A stretch of DNA of 64,000 bases, taken from assembly GCF_006345805.1 (NCBI RefSeq), contig NC_043011.1, forward strand, positions 18,364,464 to 18,428,463, given 5' to 3'. The notes beneath the pieces are model-generated. The model ran no database searches. It saw only the letters and a program-made list of their open reading frames with translations, and was not told where the DNA came from. Source of the stretch: Octopus sinensis. Lineage: Eukaryota. A program made the translations under genes and the position numbers. The first letter of the stretch is position 1; each line of letters opens with the position of its first letter. Positions 36,660-51,262 of this stretch are shown here, in pieces.

Positions 36660-36877
36660 TAGTACTCGGGTCTTCGAGGGAGGATGACCTCCCTTTGCAA
36701 ATAACACAAGGGCACTAAGATAGTGTCTAAAGTCGTTCTGGTGACGTTGATCGCCTGGGGCTAAAAGCATAAGTAACACCCCACCCCAGTGGCTAGCCAC
36801 ATTCAGATGGCTAATTCCCCTTACGTTGTCGAGCGGTAACTGTTTATATCTCGTTCAGAGATTTATTATTGTTATAT

Positions 36878-36966
<89 letters not shown>

Positions 36967-37101
36967 AGTTAGCGTATCTGAGAGATAACTCCACGCTGGA
37001 AATAACAGCCAAAATTTGACTCTAAAACCACATGAAATGTTCATACAGCACCAGGAGAGAAGACAAAAGAACTAAATAAACTACCAAAAATAACCGGATA
37101 A

Positions 37102-37157
37102 TTCCAGATCCCAGGTTTCTGGGTTTGCATAAGAAATGCTTTGCCTCATCAGTGGAA
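37102..37157 (-). ncRNA. Type I hammerhead-like motif, stem III damaged
   Basis: ttcca-CTGATGA-gg..gcat/atgc..cca-GAAA-cctgggat-C-tggaa; stem I is perfect, the 15.2-16.2 pair is mismatched. Confidence 0.5.
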
Positions 37158-38374
37158 TGTACACAGATAGTAACATAAATACACATATGTATATATATAC
37201 ATATAACATATGAATACATCCATATACGAACGTATAGATACATATATATGCACGTATGTACACAACCAGTTTAAATTGCCCGCCTATAACTCCTCGTGCT
37301 ATATGTATATATGTGTGCGTGTGTATGTGTGTGTGTGTGTGTGCGTGTCTGTGACTGTGTGTGCGAATGTATATCTATCTATTTATATAAATGTGTGTGT
37401 GGGAGAATCGGCTGGTTTCTCTCAATGTTTTCAAAATTTATCATATATATTTTTTTCCTCCGGGAGATAATTCGATTCTGGTTCTGTTTTCGTTAATTAA
37501 AACTTAATATATCTTTAAATATTTATTCAACTCTTTTATTTCTTCCTTTTATTATTAGAAAAGTCAGAAAATAAATATATTCTGTATTTGTTCCAGCTTT
37601 TTAATCAATAATCTTGGGCAATTACCATCACTTCATAGGACATTACGTTGGGCGAATTCCAAATTTCTAAATTCTGTGTATAAGCCGTATTTATTTCTCA
37701 ATTACGATGGAAATCTGAGGGAAAAATACTGACTCTCTGGTATAGTTAATGTTAATAAAAAAAAACGTTTTTTATTCAATGATTTAAACAGTCGTACATT
37801 GAGAGAGAATGCAAGGATTATATTACACATATTCTCCAGGTTTACTGTCAAGTTTCAACCAATTACAGTTTTCAGTTCCATCTGGTTTTACAGAGACCCA
37901 TTTTCTGTTTTTAAATCATTCAAAATGTATGATGCTTCTTCTGTTTATGCATCAGATTGTTAATGAATATTTTGTTTGAATGGTACATTTTGGTAATGAT
38001 ATTTTAATATATATCATTTATTAATGCCTACCGAAAAATTGCTAGTAACAGTGCTGCCTGTCTAGAAGTCTAGAATGTCTTCCTGTTTTGCATAGTGAAT
38101 ATGATATCGCCATTGATTACCTGACAATTTATGCACAGTAACATTTATAACAAAATTTAGGTAATATGTCTTCGTGCTTAACGACACATATGCTCATCCA
38201 AACCACATAGACATGTTCAATTTCCCATCATCTTGAAATCACGGATCGGCTGTTATACTTTCCATAATAGTTATCACTAGTGGTAAATAGTTTTCTTTTC
38301 AGAGCGATTTTTAAAATCATTGATAAAGCGTTACTCTCACTTCTTACCGATATTACTCGAATGTTAGGGTTAGG

Positions 38375-38419
<45 letters not shown>

Positions 38420-38421
38420 GT

Positions 38422-38465
<44 letters not shown>

Positions 38466-38537
38466 ATATATTTGTTTTGTAAGATTTTTGATGTGAAATC
38501 GTGTGTTGAAACAGATATTGTTGTATTTGTCTTATTT

Positions 38538-38896
<359 letters not shown>

Positions 38897-39685
38897 CGTT
38901 ATATATCGATTAAATGTCAGTGTGTGTGTACGTATATATAACTATACCACACGCCTCAGCACCTTTGTCCCACTTATTTGAAAAAATGTGTTCGCTACAT
39001 AAATCATCTTCGTCTACAGAGTAAAATGATTATCAGTAAATCGGCAAAATTATTCTCAATAACATGGGAGAAGTTCCCTGTAGGCGAAGGGTTTTTTTCT
39101 CTTCACATTCACATAAAATTCCAATCCGACAAGTAATCTCTGCTGCATTTGTGTCCTAATGCCCTTTAATTTAGTATTTGTGTGCATTTACCTGGTGCAA
39201 TTGTAGTACATACTGATCGAGGGAAGGCATACCTATGTAGCTGCGTTCAATGTGTTATCCTTGCATGTCCGTGAGAAGCGGACTGAGCAATCCAGGGTTA
39301 AGTAGTCATCTATCGGATGACTATTATTGGATGAGGGACGTTTAATCTACAATAATCAAGTAAATTGCATAGTTCTTAAAACGAAAGCATAGATATTATT
39401 CTACCACTTTTATTGTACATCTTCCTAGATGACACAATTTATTTAACTTTTTACAAAGTTGTCTTAAAATCAGTTATTCATTTCAGTCTTACTATACAAA
39501 CGTAAGCAATGCTTACATTAATGCCATCAATGTCGGAGAGCGTAAATGTAGGGTAAGCATGGAAACTCCTCTTTCACCGAAAAAGGGATTTCATAGTTAC
39601 GTGTTTTAGAAATGCATATTCTACAAGTATCACTCAGAATTTTTCATGCTCGTTTATTCCCTGAATGGCAAAATACATTCGGTGT

Positions 39686-39915
39686 AAGACGGCGAGCTGG
39701 CAGAAACGTTAGCACCTCGGGCGAAATGCTTAGTGGTATTTCGCCTGTTTTACGTTCTGAGGTTAAATTCCGACGAGGTCAACTTTGCCTTTCATCCTTT
39801 CGGGGTCGATTAAATAAGTACCAGTTACGCACTGGGTCGATATAATCGACTTAATCCGTTTGCCTGTCCTTGTTTGTCCTCTCTGTGTTTAGCCCCTTGT
39901 GGGCAGTAAAGAAAA
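39686..39915 (+). mobile_element. SINE family B, complete, with TSD
   Basis: Flanks aaaatacattcggtgt (39670-39685) / aaaatgcattcggtat (39920-39935). Confidence 0.85.
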
Positions 39916-41334
39916 ATGTAAAATGCATTCGGTATTTATCTTCGTTCACAACAATTATTTACTTTAAATTCACATATCATCCCCTCGCGACTACAAAACA
40001 AACATGTTAAATACAATTATTTTAATGTGATATTCACTGAATTAAGGCAAATCACTAAAACAAATCGACAACCCGTCTTTTTGGAGAATACAAATATACC
40101 GAAGGCGGTGATCTGAGGCTCGATGAAATATGGGAGTTAACAAAAGGGGTTCTTCGAATAATATCAATAGATACCATACGTAAACATGTGACAAAATTCC
40201 AGCTGCCTGAAAGACGCATGGCGAATCCATAACAGACTTATTGTATAACTATAATCTCAAGTAACTGTGGAATTATCAAATTACTAAATGCACACGCACA
40301 TTATTATTGCGATTACTTACGATACAAGAAAAATGTATATGCTTTAATACACCGACGTTTATATGTGTTACAACAATGTATAAAGTATTTGATGAAAGGA
40401 ATATCAGTAATCGCAATACTTATTTCAACAGAATCGACATCATTTGCATAAGATATGTCACAAGGAGGTGTCATGCTGTCAATTCAAATTCCGATAGTTT
40501 TCAGGTGATGATACGTTATTGTTCGGCTGCTAATTGTAATCATAATTATCGTCATATGTACTTTAGAATAACTTATGAAATATGAGGTCAGCAAAACCTG
40601 TTGAGATAACTATTTTCGAAGTATCGAGATGCTCTATAAGAATGTATAAACTGAATCAGTCATGGAATGAAATTACACATGTGTTTGAGAGAAATCAAAT
40701 ACTCATGGAATCATTATACCATCTTTCACTTTTTTCACATTCAATGATTGTATAATTCAACCTTCACTAAGTTTCTCCCATGAATACTATATGTTTTGAC
40801 TACACAAATTTAATATACGAAAATTTTATCTGAACTGTCAGATAAAACATAATCATGAAAGAGAAGAAGAACTGGAATAAATGATGCAGCATGTAATGTT
40901 GTTTTTTATTTCGGCAGGAGGTTCAAAGTTTTAAAGCAATGGTGGTATTGAATTAGATGTAACTCAGCAGTTATCTGGTATTTTATTTTTTCACCCTTTG
41001 TGTGATAAGATGCTTTTAAGATGATTTTAAACGACCAACTGCACAGAATGTTTTTTATTCCGCGTTAACTAGAAATGAAATGATTGTTTTCGTTGATAGT
41101 GAAGCAAAATGTCACTGAGTTTGTGTTTCCAAGTATTATCAAAATTGCAGAATCAGACAAAGAAAAAACATGTATGCTCGATATCACTCAGCAAATCACA
41201 CTGGAGACGGAAACACGAAGATATGCGATGCTCACAATACTAGAGAGCTTATTCAGTTCTATATTTAAGAGATGAATTATTTACGTTATTTACATTATAT
41301 AGAATTGACGGATATTTGTCATCATCGTGTTTGT

Positions 41335-41490
41335 TTTTAATACAACGTTTCGGCTGATGTACCCCCAGTCTTCTTCTTGGGGAAATTCCGAACCTGGGTT
41401 CTCATTCCTAAGGTATTTTTCGAAATTTCCCAAAGACACCTGATGTTGGCTGGACGGTATATCTGCTGAAACGTTGTGTTAACAAACAAT
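41335..41490. mobile_element. PLE terminal-repeat relic with two inverted, decayed minimal hammerheads
   Basis: Plus: acac-CTGATGT...GAAA-cgt-t-gtgt (41436-41479). Minus: a decayed copy ending atcagccgaaacgttgtatt (41341-41385). Confidence 0.5.
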
Positions 41491-42010
41491 TTGGGGACAA
41501 ATATCCACCAATTGTAATGTAAATAAGAGAGATCGTTACTCGCAGGTATGAAAAGTAATATCACCTCACAGAGGGCGCATTACTCTGACAATAAGATGGA
41601 GGAAGATGGGATCTGAAATATTATGAGCAGGTTTCCCACAGATGAACCAGAAATAACTGTTCCTCTATACTGTGGAAAGCAATGAAACTCTTAGATGGGA
41701 CACTGGCAGGTGCTCTCATTCTGGGTAATAAGGAGTAAGTGTAATTACGGTGCAACTCCGCGCTCCCCGCAAATCCTGAGCAGCTGAACTAGCACCTCAC
41801 CATAGGAAGCAGCTTAATGGCATACCGAGGGCATTAAAGGCATACATAGATAAATGTACAGTGGTGTTGATGTCGAAGGTGGTGCAGGTGAGTAAATCGT
41901 ATATTCGTATCGATACAAGTCTTATTAAACGCATCAAATAATGTGGAATGTAGTGCACATTAAGGGATATTTTCCGTTATAAATAAATTTCATTAAACTA
42001 TATATATAAA

Positions 42011-42211
42011 TGTGACCGCGTGTGTACCGTTGGCGATTTTTTCCTCTGTCTTCCCTTCTCTGGATCTTTCCTTCTCCTATGTTTCCGACGAAGAGCTCCG
42101 CTTGAAACATTGAACCCTCCTTCTTTCCTTCTTTCCTGAGCGTCCAATAATACTATAATTGTTCCACGTCCTCGCGTTGTTGTGTTTTTTTTTGTGCTTT
42201 CTTGTTTGGAT

Positions 42212-42215
<4 letters not shown>
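42011..42215 (+). mobile_element. Second copy of the 9965-10168 element
   Basis: Same sequence in the opposite orientation, bounded by (TA)n. CCGACGA core at 42085; stem III mutated. Confidence 0.7.
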
Positions 42216-42284
<69 letters not shown>

Positions 42285-42519
42285 GGGAATGTGTTATTGT
42301 ATCAGTGGTGGTTGGTGAGCTTTAAGTAATTGCTATATGAATTCGTTCAGTAGACACTTGCATGTACATTTATATATGTATATATGAACTATATACACAC
42401 ACATTATCAAGTACATGTGTTCAGAACTACACATAAGCACACGCACAACCCATGTTTTCTGCATCTTGCAATGCATTTGGAATCGGCATTAGAATGGAGA
42501 AAACTTATAAAATATATTA

Positions 42520-43120
42520 CAACTCTGACGTAGACAAGAAATTACTGTCTCTTTTAGATAAACATTTCCCAATGCGTCATAAATGCAAGGGATTTATCAA
42601 CTGACGCCCTATCAAAATATCACACTACTGCATCCTAGATATGAAGAACATCATAATTCATAAAAATCACATGCAACAGATTCCCAGCTGTATCAGACGA
42701 GTCCCAGGAATTTCACCACTGGATGAGACGTGTGGGATAAACACCCTCATATACGAGGCTAAAGTTACGCTTCAAGATAACTCAATTGAAAACAATTACA
42801 TTCAGTTATGTGGAAGGGGATTCAATCGATGTTATGCAAACAACATACTTTGTTTCCGGCACATCAATAAAACTAGTGAAACTAAATTGGCTAGTCACGT
42901 ATACTATTGTCTAGTCACGAATACTATTGTATAGTCACGTATGCTCCACAACTATTATAATATTCTGGACTATAGTAAAGAAATCGAAGCCATATGTTAA
43001 CGGCTCTATCAATGCAAATTATGCGTAGCGGAACGTTCTCATATTCTACGTAGATCCAGTAATTCCAACCAATTGCTTAATTCCGGATGCGATTTTTTCA
43101 GCAGTGGTGAACACATGGAC
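42520..43120 (+). mobile_element. Penelope/Poseidon-type PLE relic (linker plus GIY-YIG)
   Basis: LLSLLDKHFPMRHK...LIYEAKVT...NYIQLCGRGFNRCYANNILCFRHINKTSETKLASHV...WTIVKKSKPYVNGS..CKLCVAER...LLNS. Frameshifts present. Confidence 0.75.
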
Positions 43121-43325
43121 AGGATTTGCTCTTTGGGATTTTGGAGGATACCACGCGCTCCGGATTGAGTTGCTGTCTCGCAAAGCTCGACATATTTTTG
43201 GTTATTTTTTAATATCATTTCTATTTAAAGAAATTATGTAATACACAAACACACACACATATATATATATACATACATATATGTATAAATATATGTATAT
43301 ATATATACATATATATGTCTATCCA

Positions 43326-43461
<136 letters not shown>

Positions 43462-44291
43462 CATATATACGTCTAGCCATCTATATTTATCTATATCTAT
43501 ATATAATATATATATATATATACACACACATACATATATTTATATGCACACACATACATATAAATACATATGCTCATGTATATAATTGCCTGAATATATA
43601 TGCATATGCTTAATTTTGTTGTGTGTTTATGGCTGTAATGCATTGCATATTGCCTACAGAGTGCATATTATCGACAAAATATTCTAATTACATTCTTTAA
43701 TCCAATCGAGGAAACAAACAAAAATAAAAAATGAGATATTTTAATACCGAAAAGATATGAAGTTGATATTCTAGTGTATTATAATCTAAATACTGTTTTG
43801 AAATACATATATTTGTTTACGAAAATTTTATTTACTACCTTAATGCAAATATTAATTAGGATTAGAAAATAAAAACTGGAAAATATTTTCGGGAAATATT
43901 TCTCAAATAAGAGGTTTAAAATCTTAAGTCTAATTTGTTGTGTGTTTATGTTTTTCTATCAATTTCACGTGTGACTTTATTTGATTGAAGCTGCGATAAG
44001 CATTTATATGAAGACGTATTAAAATAGTGATATCGTTTCGCACCACTCATATATATGTGCATGTATATGTGTATGTATGTATAGATAGATAGATATAGAA
44101 AGATATACATATAGATACATATACATATATATTTATATGTATAAATATATATATATACATACATATATATATATATACATATATACGTGTATGTGTAGAG
44201 ACAGGGCGGCTGAGTGGGAGAAAATAATGGGTTGTTAGATTTATAGAGATACACACACAGACACACATATATATATATATATACACATATA

Positions 44292-44349
<58 letters not shown>

Positions 44350-44357
<8 letters not shown>

Positions 44358-45077
44358 CAGTAATGCAATACAAAGTATTGCCTTCCAGTAAAAAGTAGCC
44401 CGTGAGGGAAAAATACACAAATTAGTAAATAAATGGCACAACTAAGTACCGATATTTACTGGAAATAGCGAACGTAAAAATACGACGCTAATGTGTAGCT
44501 TCACCGCGTATGTATTAGCAAAAATGCGTGTGTGCAACAAAATAGAGAAAAAAAATCTACGATGTTACCACATTAATACTAACACACTCGACTGAAATAC
44601 GGAACGCTAACAGTACGAGAAACAGTGAAGAAGTTTCAAAATATCAGTAATGCAATACAAAGTACTTTTTACTGGAAGGCAATACTTTGTATTGCATTAC
44701 TGATATTTTGAAACTTCTTCACCGTTTCTCGTACTGTTAGCGTTCCGTATTTCAGTCGAGTGTGTTAGTATTAATGTGGTAACATCGTAGATTTCGTCTT
44801 GGTATATGTTTGGCTGAAGAAGGTAAAGCAAAATATGGGTGAGAGACATATCTTGCAAAACCTGAAACCTGCAGGTACCACATTATCCATTTTCCGGGTG
44901 TTTCATCTTTCAGATGCTCTCCCTGGAGGTAAGACGTTTTTTTTTCTCTATTTTGTTGCACACACGAATTTTTGCTAATACATACGCGGTGAAGCTACAC
45001 ATTAGCGTCGTATTTTTACGTTCGCTATTTCCAGTAAATATCGGTACTTAGTTGTGCCATTTATTTACTAATTTGTA
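44350..45077. mobile_element. (TA)n-bounded inverted duplication of a ~280-bp unit; the right arm carries a 142-bp extra segment
   Basis: 44350-44663 is the reverse complement of 44664-45077 apart from 44795-44936. Inversion junction at aaagtacttt (44659-44668). The unit start is repeated at 44350-44397. Confidence 0.9.
44806..44883 (+). ncRNA. Type I hammerhead with canonical core and long stem II
   Basis: atg(tt)tgg/ccacat stem I; CTGAAGA; aggt/acct plus gcaaaatatg/catatcttgc stem II; GAA; acctgcaggt 10-nt palindromic stem III; GUA triplet, predicted cut at 44877/44878. Confidence 0.8.
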
Positions 45078-45078
45078 T

Positions 45079-45144
<66 letters not shown>

Positions 45145-45197
45145 GTATATATATGTATATATACATTTACTCACATATATGTGTAATATATGTATGT

Positions 45198-45502
45198 ATA
45201 TCACCGTGATCACCGTGACCGACCAGGCTATCAGATATTGTTATCAGACATCACTGGTCACAATGCGCTTCGTATTGGTTTTGCGTTCAAATGACGTCAA
45301 CGCGCTGGCTAAGCGAGTAGGCCAACAGAAGAAAGAGTGAGAGAAAATTGTGGCCAAAGAGTACAGCAGGAATTGCCCCCACACCCTGACGGAGCGTCGT
45401 GGAGTTTTAGGTGTTTTCGCTCAATAAACAATCACAACGCCGGTTTTCGAATCGTAACCGTGATCCTACGACCGCGAGTCCACTGCCCTAACCCCTGGAC
45501 CA
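45198..45502 (-). mobile_element. SINE family C, with (TCACGGTGA)-type tail
   Basis: Reverse match to 20960-21236, with a fuller tRNA-like head. Confidence 0.75.
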
Positions 45503-45744
45503 TATATATAAACCCTTTGTTGTATGTTATGTATAGCTCGCCCACAGTCACTGGCTACATGGTGATCTTATTCAAGCGAATCGGGCTTTCTAGTTAATGT
45601 ACATCAGGCGTTCCACAGTATCACCAATGTTTATATAAATTGATAATATAGAAAATAGAAAGAAACTCATTCTTCATTTAAAATCACTACAATTGTTCCG
45701 TAGTAAATTGTTGAGATAATATGTAATCATTCTGTTGTTTCTGG

Positions 45745-45955
45745 TGAGAGACATTTTCTTTTTGTGCCTTATAACTCACTCACCGGTAAAATTCCCACTT
45801 GTTTCTTATTTTTATTTTCCTAAAATTTTTGTTTCGTCTTGCAACCTTTTCAATAGTCTGGACTGTTTTAGGAAAATTTTAGGAAAATAAAAATTTTACC
45901 GGTGAGTGTGTTACATTATAAGACACAAATAGAAAATGACTCTCCCCAGACACAA
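45745..45955. repeat. Fold-back repeat with a truncated hammerhead-like core in the spacer
   Basis: Arms tcaccggtaaaatt...ttttcctaaaatttt / aaaattttaggaaaa...aattttaccggtga. Minus strand TTGAAAA-ggttgcaagac-GAAA-c stops at the arm. Confidence 0.55.
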
Positions 45956-48900
45956 CAGAATATGCTTCAACACGCGAACTCATATAAAGAATTTTGCAAA
46001 CCAAATCCAAAAACGAGATACGTAATCATTATTGTCCCAGTAATGCGTAAAATGTGCCTCCTCAGATGATTTTTTAAAATAAGTCCTTCTTTCTGCCAAA
46101 CATTTATTTCATAAATCATGAGGATGCATACAAAATGCTGTGTTTTGTTTTTATCCACTTACAGACAAAACTACAGCCATTATTATAATGGCGGACAAAA
46201 TATAATTATAATCAAAATACAAGATTCAGAAATAAGAAATAGACAAAAGTATGGTCAGTTAGACTATATATTTCAGTTCTATGCCGATGGTCCGATTATA
46301 CGAAAGAAAAAAGTGTAAAACGCTATATAGAAAAAAAATTAAGTGTTAAAAGAAATCGTTTTGTCTATTTCTACTTTTAAGAACAATCACGTTTGTGTGT
46401 GTGTGTGTGTGTATCTGTGTGTGTGTGCTCGCGCTTGTCGATGGGTATGTCGTAATTTACCTCCCTTGATGATTATATAGATAATGATTATTGTGATCTT
46501 CAGTCTCAATGAATGTGGCTGGCATATTAAAAGTTCTATTTTATATTCTTATTTGCAATCTATGCAACAAGATATACATCATTACTCACATCACATCTAT
46601 GTAAAGAATATTGATTGTTTTATATAAGTCACAGTCTCAAATATCTTTTCTTAATGCATAGAAATCCTGTGAGATGTCTGAAATACAATGCAGAAATACA
46701 ATATTGTATGGGTCCCAGTTTGGTTAATCGTTCTCTTGATAAATTTCTTATATATCTGTGAGAGACAGTCTGTTGCACACCGCTGGCTGTTATGCGATCT
46801 GAAGTGTAGATAATTGAGTAGGCTGCTTAATTTTTCTAGTTTTGCCAAACGCTTGCAGGGCTGGTGATTTTAAGTTATATTCGTCCCAAAATTTATATAT
46901 GTGCATATAGAATAATATATACTTTTCTCTCACATCTCGTTCCATTACAGTTTGAATGACTACTACTCTCCCCTGTCCTCTCCTTCTATCCGTCACTTAC
47001 GCACGTGTATATGAACATCAATCTTCCTGACAACACTACACAATATTTGACAGACTGAGCTTCAAGACAGCCTTACACAATGTTTGATAGATGGAGCCAA
47101 CGGAGTGTTCACTATTTGTTCTCGTGACGGGATAGAAATAGTGAAATATAATCTCCCTTGAATCAGAATGTCTTGAATGATGACACATTGGATATAATAG
47201 TGCACAGAAACTAATACCTTAATAAGGAAGATGTATCATGTATGTATTAAGATAAAATTCGGCATATGTAATCTGGTCTACGGTAAGTTGTACACCGTCG
47301 CATGCACAGCGATAACAATAACAGCAACTAAATAACAAATTCTGAAATACAGTTGTTAAACTCTATCTCCAATATTTCGTGTGAATTAAGTAGTGGAATA
47401 CAATCTTTCGCAGATATGTACACTTCATTTTTTTAAAGATTAGACCCATATCTCTAAAAGGCACAACCACCCGAAAATACATAGCTACATTCACCACAGG
47501 CAAGGAACTCTGTTAAATGACGTGATGCACCGAAGACGCAATTAATAAGATTTTCAGCTAAGTGATGTAGTACGATGTGATAGAAGTGATGTAGTACTTG
47601 AATAGAAGCATATTATGAAACAATTGTGAGGATTCCGAGTGTAAATGCATTTTGATACTGAATTATTCAAAATTCACAAGGTATAGTTATATACAAAATG
47701 TCTGACTACTTAACAAAACATCAGTCCTCAAACAGAAAATATACAACTACATCTGAGTCTTATAACTCTATAGCATGAAATGCCCCATTTTGCTTGCTGG
47801 TAGGAAGATATAAGTAAGCCTAGAGATGAATATTTATTTTCTTAAGTATCGAAATGTATATCTGAAAAAAACATTACTAAATATATTATTACTAAAAAGA
47901 GTATCTAAGCATATATCAACAAAGTGTAAAACGCGTAAAGTATTTTAGGTATCATATTTTAGGTATCATCAGCAAAAACGGTAGCAGCCTGCAGCTTTGG
48001 AGAGCTACTCTCATAATGTTTGCCGTCGCCGTTTGAATGTCAGTAAGTCATCACCCATAGTACATTTAATGATGCCAACATAAGATAACATTAGAAGATA
48101 TCCATATCTCCGAAAAATACTACCTAAACTTATTATGCCAGACAATTTATAACTTGCATAAATAATATAATGGACCAAGATACAAAAGATCTACATTGTT
48201 AATTCAAACTATCTTTTAATAATTTTCTATAAGAATACGTTACAAATTGAATTAAATGAAAAATATAGTGAATCTGTAAATTTTTTGAGATAAATTTTCG
48301 TATCTGACAGTAAATTTGTGCTAAAGTCAAATTCTTCACAATGTCTGTTCATGGGTAGTATGTCGGTAAGCTTTTACATGTCATTTTTACATTTCACAAG
48401 GTTTCTGGAGTGTTAAAATAAATATCCAAAAAGAAGAATTAAAATAGAGCAGAAATGAATATGAAAGAAACAAATAGAGACTGAATCGTGGAACATAACG
48501 AGTCAGGAAGTATAAATTAAATGATATGTGTTTAAATGTGTACATATGCTGAAAGCATTATCACATGGGCTGGAACGTTTATCACCTATCCGAGAAGGTG
48601 GTAATTTATTTTAGCCCAGGATTGTGTTAGTTCTATTTTAGTTAACAATTTCAGTGCCACAACTGTTTCGAAGTACATGATTGCCGAACATTTCAAAAAT
48701 CGGACAAGGTTACACAGAGTTGCTCAATCACTCGATATTACGCCGAATCTCTCCATCGCCATAGATTTTAGAAGTGGCTTCCAGTATCCTAAGTAGACTT
48801 CGCACACATCTAAAAAGATTCTCAAGACTTCTTATTGTAGCAATACATTTTCCACATTGACGTTAAGATGATCTACGTCAGTTGTTTAAATGCATTATAA

Positions 48901-49413
48901 GACATATGTGCATTTCCCATTGGGTTGTAATTACTGACGTATATTTTTTTTACTTGCATATCATGCTCTCTATCCTCTTTGATTAACACATAAGTGTTCA
49001 TGTGACACTCTGGCACACTCGTTCAAACTCACGATTATGTCTGTGTCTCAGGGCAATTTCTAGGTACTGTTACTAAGATTTCCTTGTGTGCAGTCATCGT
49101 TTTAAAGGCTAATGTTTTTCATATTTCCTAGATTCAAATAAAACCATTAGATTTCTTGAGATTTAGGCATAAAGTTTCGCCCCATTCCAATTCTTCCTCA
49201 TTTGAAAACCAGCATTATTCAACCATGTTGCTGGTTACAAAATTCTACTTATTTAAGCTTATAGAATAAATTCTTACGGATAGTATTTCAGTTTTCTTAA
49301 AAGAAAATTACTTTCCCCGTTACAATTTGCACATTAATACATATCTATTATGTGGTGCGGGTGCATATACATACGAGTATTTAAATAATAAACGTAGATC
49401 TGAGAGCGATGAG

Positions 49414-49449
<36 letters not shown>

Positions 49450-51029
49450 CATGCATGCATAGATATATATGTATAATTAAAACTAATATAAACAGCAGTT
49501 TGTTAGGTTTCACCATAAAGGAGAGTTACACATGTCACTAAATGTGACTAGTGTGTTAGGAAACACACTTTTTGAAATAGGCGCTAAACTGCTCAAATGG
49601 TGTAGTTAATGCACATGAATGGAAACGTATACACGAACAGTGACCATTATCATCCGAGCAGTTCCGATTTAGAATGCTTAATATTGAGGCGTCAGTGTCG
49701 ACAATTTCCTATGCCTCTTCACTTAAAACAGCTCGGCTGTTCGACCATTTACTGACTAGCTTCACTATTAATATTCATATTCTCGTCATTCAAAACCTTG
49801 GACGATTTAGCGATTTACTAATGTGTATGTATAAAATTAATACAAACAGTAGGTTGCAATATTTCACCAAAACGAGAATTATAAATGTCACTAAATGACA
49901 TTTGCAACACTAGCGTGTTGGAAAACACCTACATTGTTAGATATAAGAGTTAAACGGCTCTAATTCTGTTCTTATCGCACATGAATGAAAAAATATTTAT
50001 GACGAAATGATAAATACTAATGGCGTGGCGATTTCGGGAAGAGCTGAACAGTCAAGGTATCTTCTGTGATCAGGCAAGGAAAATTGCCGAAACATTTTGG
50101 CGATATGAAGAATATTCGAGCGGCACATTTAGGACGATTGTGGTCACTGTTAGTGTATATTTCTTTATGTGCGTTAACTACAGTATTACAGAGGTTTAGC
50201 TTTTTTGTTCCAGCAATGTAGGTATTTCCTATCTAAAATTATATGTGAAATAATTTTAGCCATGAATAATTTTTGAGCATGGTATGTAGAATATGTAAAT
50301 AAATTAGCAAAACAATTTAAGTGGATTGAATAATAGAACGTGAATATTGGATTAACGTTAAAGAATATATAAATTAAATATATATATATATATAAGAAAA
50401 CATTGTATACCATAAATGCACAAGGGCAAATGTATCATAATGTCATGTACAGAGTTAATTATATAGAAAGTATCAATTAAAAATAAGTTATGACTGGAAA
50501 TGTTAATATTAATTATGCTATTTACCTGAAATTAAATAAGTGTAAGAGATAAATTGATTAAAATCTGTAAATTAATGCAGCATATCTGAAATACGCAGGG
50601 AAAGGCAGTACTGGTTAATTTGGAACAACCTATAAATCACTAACTATACAACAACGTGGAGACCATAATTCTTCAATGTTTTGAATTAATTTGAATTTGA
50701 CAAGTAGCGAACAATTAAAACTAATAAGATGTTTTTTTTTTAATTTAGAAATGATTCAAAATATAAATACAGTAGTTTCATTCAAGATAACGTACGGGAC
50801 AATTGGCTTTGAAAATATCCCATAATTATTGTACAGCACTGATGCAGTGCCCTGCAAGGGCGTCCTTTTTTAAGAATATTGATCCAGGAACACCACAGAG
50901 TACTGGGCCGAATATATACTGCAATATTAAATATCTGAGGGATCCTAATTTCTTGTAGCGTTTTGTCAGAAATTTTAGGAGGTAAAGCATATTCGACTTC
51001 TTCAGAATTTCAAAGCGGTCTCGGAAGCA

Positions 51030-51262
51030 AGGCGGCGACCTGGCAGAGACGTTAGCCCGCCGGGCGAAATGCTTAGCGGTATTTCGTCTGACGTTACGTT
51101 CTGAGTTCAAATTCCGCCGAGATCGACTTTACCTTTCATCCTTTCGGTGTCGATAACTTAAGTACCAGTTATGTACTGAGGTCGATGTAATCAACTTAAT
51201 CCGTTTATCTGTCCTTGTTTGTTCCCTCTGTGTTTAGCTCCTTGTGGGTAGTAAAGTAATAG
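51030..51262 (+). mobile_element. SINE family B, complete
   Basis: Matches the other family B copies. Confidence 0.85.

Noticed and set aside
40504-40585. MIRYCSAANCNHNY resembling a THAP-domain start after an AG acceptor
   Set aside because: Stops after 25 codons, and the downstream CxxH half of THAP was not found.
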